DNA of 64,000 nucleotides, from assembly GCA_044892525.1 (NCBI GenBank), contig CM097887.1, positions 3,596,001 to 3,660,000 of the forward strand, given 5' to 3'. Positions 62,208 to 64,000 of the stretch are shown here, piece by piece. This stretch comes from Schmidtea polychroa (taxonomy: Eukaryota). Under the pieces are notes generated by a model. That model did not search any database. It was not told where the DNA came from and saw only the letters and a program-made list of their open reading frames with translations. Made by a program: the position numbers and the translations under genes. Positions within the stretch are counted from its first letter, which is position 1. Every line of letters begins with the position of its first letter.

Positions 62208-64000
62208 CGTAAAACATGTAATTCCATCGTTGTTTTAGTCCGATACCGATTACTTATTTCTTTTAAAATTTAAAAAAATACAACGGAAAATCGATTTAAA
62301 AAAATATTTTGCAAGTTCAAAAAAGTTAACTGAAAAGCGGTTTTAAAAAAAATTTAGCATATAGCATGCTCTGAAATTTTTTTAAATTACGCAATAATTT
62401 TTAGTTTTATTTTAAAAGAATAAAGTCACATGCAGTAAAGTTTTAAAAGACTAAAGTAAATGTTAAAAAAGTTAAAAAATAAATAAACAGAAAGTGAAAA
62501 AAAAAATAAAATTTAATTAGTGCAGGGCTCAAATTTTTTTTATTTAAAGTATATATAATTTCGGTCGTACTTCCAGTATAATTTTTACATATATACAACA
62601 CAGTAATTTAATTTATATTGGATTTTTCTACACCTATTATTAAATCTATTATATTCTATTAATTTTTACTTGAGGTAGCATAATGGCAGATAGAAAAAAA
62701 TTATCTGGCGCACAAAATAGAAAACGTAAAGCTGAAAAGAAAAATGAAGAAAAAAAGCAAGAAGGTGCTTTTCTGAAATATATTTGTCGTCAACAATCAC
62801 AAGATAAAAATCGAAATGAAATGACTCCGAGAAAACAAGTATACTGCAATTTGGAAGAGCAAATGGATAGGAACTCTACAACTAGAAATGCAGAGGTGCC
62901 TATTTTGACTGAGTTTCCACATACGAATGTGGAAGAAACTATAGAAGAAACTGAAGTTGAAACAATTGAAGAAACTGTTGAAGAACCTATAGAAGAAATT
63001 GTATTAGAAACTATAGAAGACACTGAAGAAATTTTAATTAATGAAACTTTGGAAATATTAGAAAGCGTAAATTCGAGTCTTGATTATAGTGATCCGGCAA
63101 CTTGGTTAAATTCACATGACTTACGTTCTGGCCGTTTGAGGCAAATTTTGGTTGAACACGGACCAGAACAAATTGAAGAATTTGATTTTCCTCAAAATGA
63201 GAGCCATAGAAAATTTTCAATGAATTTTTATAGAAGGAGACTTGCAAATGGAGAAGAAATGCGGCGTCATTGGCTACAGTATTCCAAAACAACTAATTCG
63301 GCTTTCTGCTTTTGTTGCAAAATTTTTAATAATAACCAGCGTGTAATACATCTCTCCGATAAAGGATCAAGCGATTGGAAAAATATGTCTGTAATTTTAG
63401 AAAGACATGAGAAAAATAAGGATCATTTAATTAATTTTCAAACTTGGAAGGAGCTAGAATTGCGTTTAAAAAAGAATAAAACTATTGACCAGGATAATTT
63501 GCGTCTCATAAAACAAGAAGAGAGACACTGGCAACAAGTCTTAGAGCGTCTTATAGGTCTAGTTAAAGTGCTTGCTACGCAAAATATTGCATTTCGCGGA
63601 AGCAATGAAAAATTGTATTCTCCTGGAAATGGAAACTTCCTTAGCTTTGTAGAATATTTGGCCTCTTTTGATCCAATTATGGGTGAGCATCTTCGCAGAA
63701 TAAAGAACAATGAAACACAAGTTCATTATTTGGGAAAAGATATTCAGAATGAGTTAATACAACTTTTATCTAAGAGTATTAAAACAAAAATTTTAAAATC
63801 GATTTCCATGGCTAAATATTTTTCAATAATCCTGGATTGCACACCAGACGTTAGCCATACTGAACAATGACGTTGATTATTCGTTTTGTCCATACAAATA
63901 CAGAAAATTGTGATTTAGATCCCATATGCATAAGAGAACATTTTTTGGGATTTGTGAAACTAACAGATACAACTGGTGCTGGTATGACCGATGAAATCGT
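61964..64000 (+). mobile_element. hAT (ZMYM1-like, TTF zinc finger) element, 5' part; ORF from 62683 with a 1-bp frameshift at about 63867, continues off window
   Basis: Left TIR CAGGCCCGGTTTTAGG, RHWLQYSKTTNSAFCFCCKIF, LATQNIAFRG, GNGNFL, YFSIILDCTPDVSHTEQ/MTLIIRFV. Acidic EETIEE repeats in the N-terminus. Confidence 0.9.

Noticed and set aside
62015-62227. 70-aa ORF with YI repeats
   Set aside because: Translation of a (TA)n microsatellite.
1-64000. tRNA, rRNA, CRISPR arrays or prokaryotic operons
   Set aside because: No cloverleaf/T-loop context, rRNA-like sequence or regularly spaced repeat-spacer array was seen. Spliceosomal introns show the DNA is eukaryotic.

Overview
AT-rich eukaryotic (metazoan) scaffold with about 13 N-gaps. 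Six host genes were reconstructed by hand from splice sites and reading frames: a TRAF-like zinc-finger/coiled-coil/MATH gene (-), a long-chain acyl-CoA synthetase of about 15 exons spread over 17.5 kb (+), a Chibby-like gene with RFX X-box-like motifs upstream (-), porphobilinogen deaminase HMBS (+), hydroxylysine kinase HYKK/AGPHD1 (-) and an intronless NOP56 (-). Most introns are about 40-60 nt, but several have grown to 0.5-7.7 kb through nested transposons. The rest of the window is a dense TE landscape: several hAT lineages (one nearly intact Buster/GTF2IRD2-type element with TIRs and TSD, one SPIN-like), Tigger, Tc1/mariner, piggyBac derivatives, MITEs, foldback repeats and solo LTRs. 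The most unusual object is a 3,747-bp insertion (1999-5745) bounded by TG...CA with a 5-bp TSD. It sits inside an LTR whose empty site is also present in this window. It shows no LTR pair and no recognisable gag/pol, but carries a TATA/CCAAT promoter, an early splice donor, several candidate acceptors and unidentified ORFs. Also notable are duplicated cold-shock-domain fragments, one beside an RNF126-like fragment inside a HYKK intron. The organism cannot be named from the sequence. The features fit a ciliated invertebrate with minimal introns (e.g. flatworm-like), which is inference only. All family assignments come from motif recall, not database searches.
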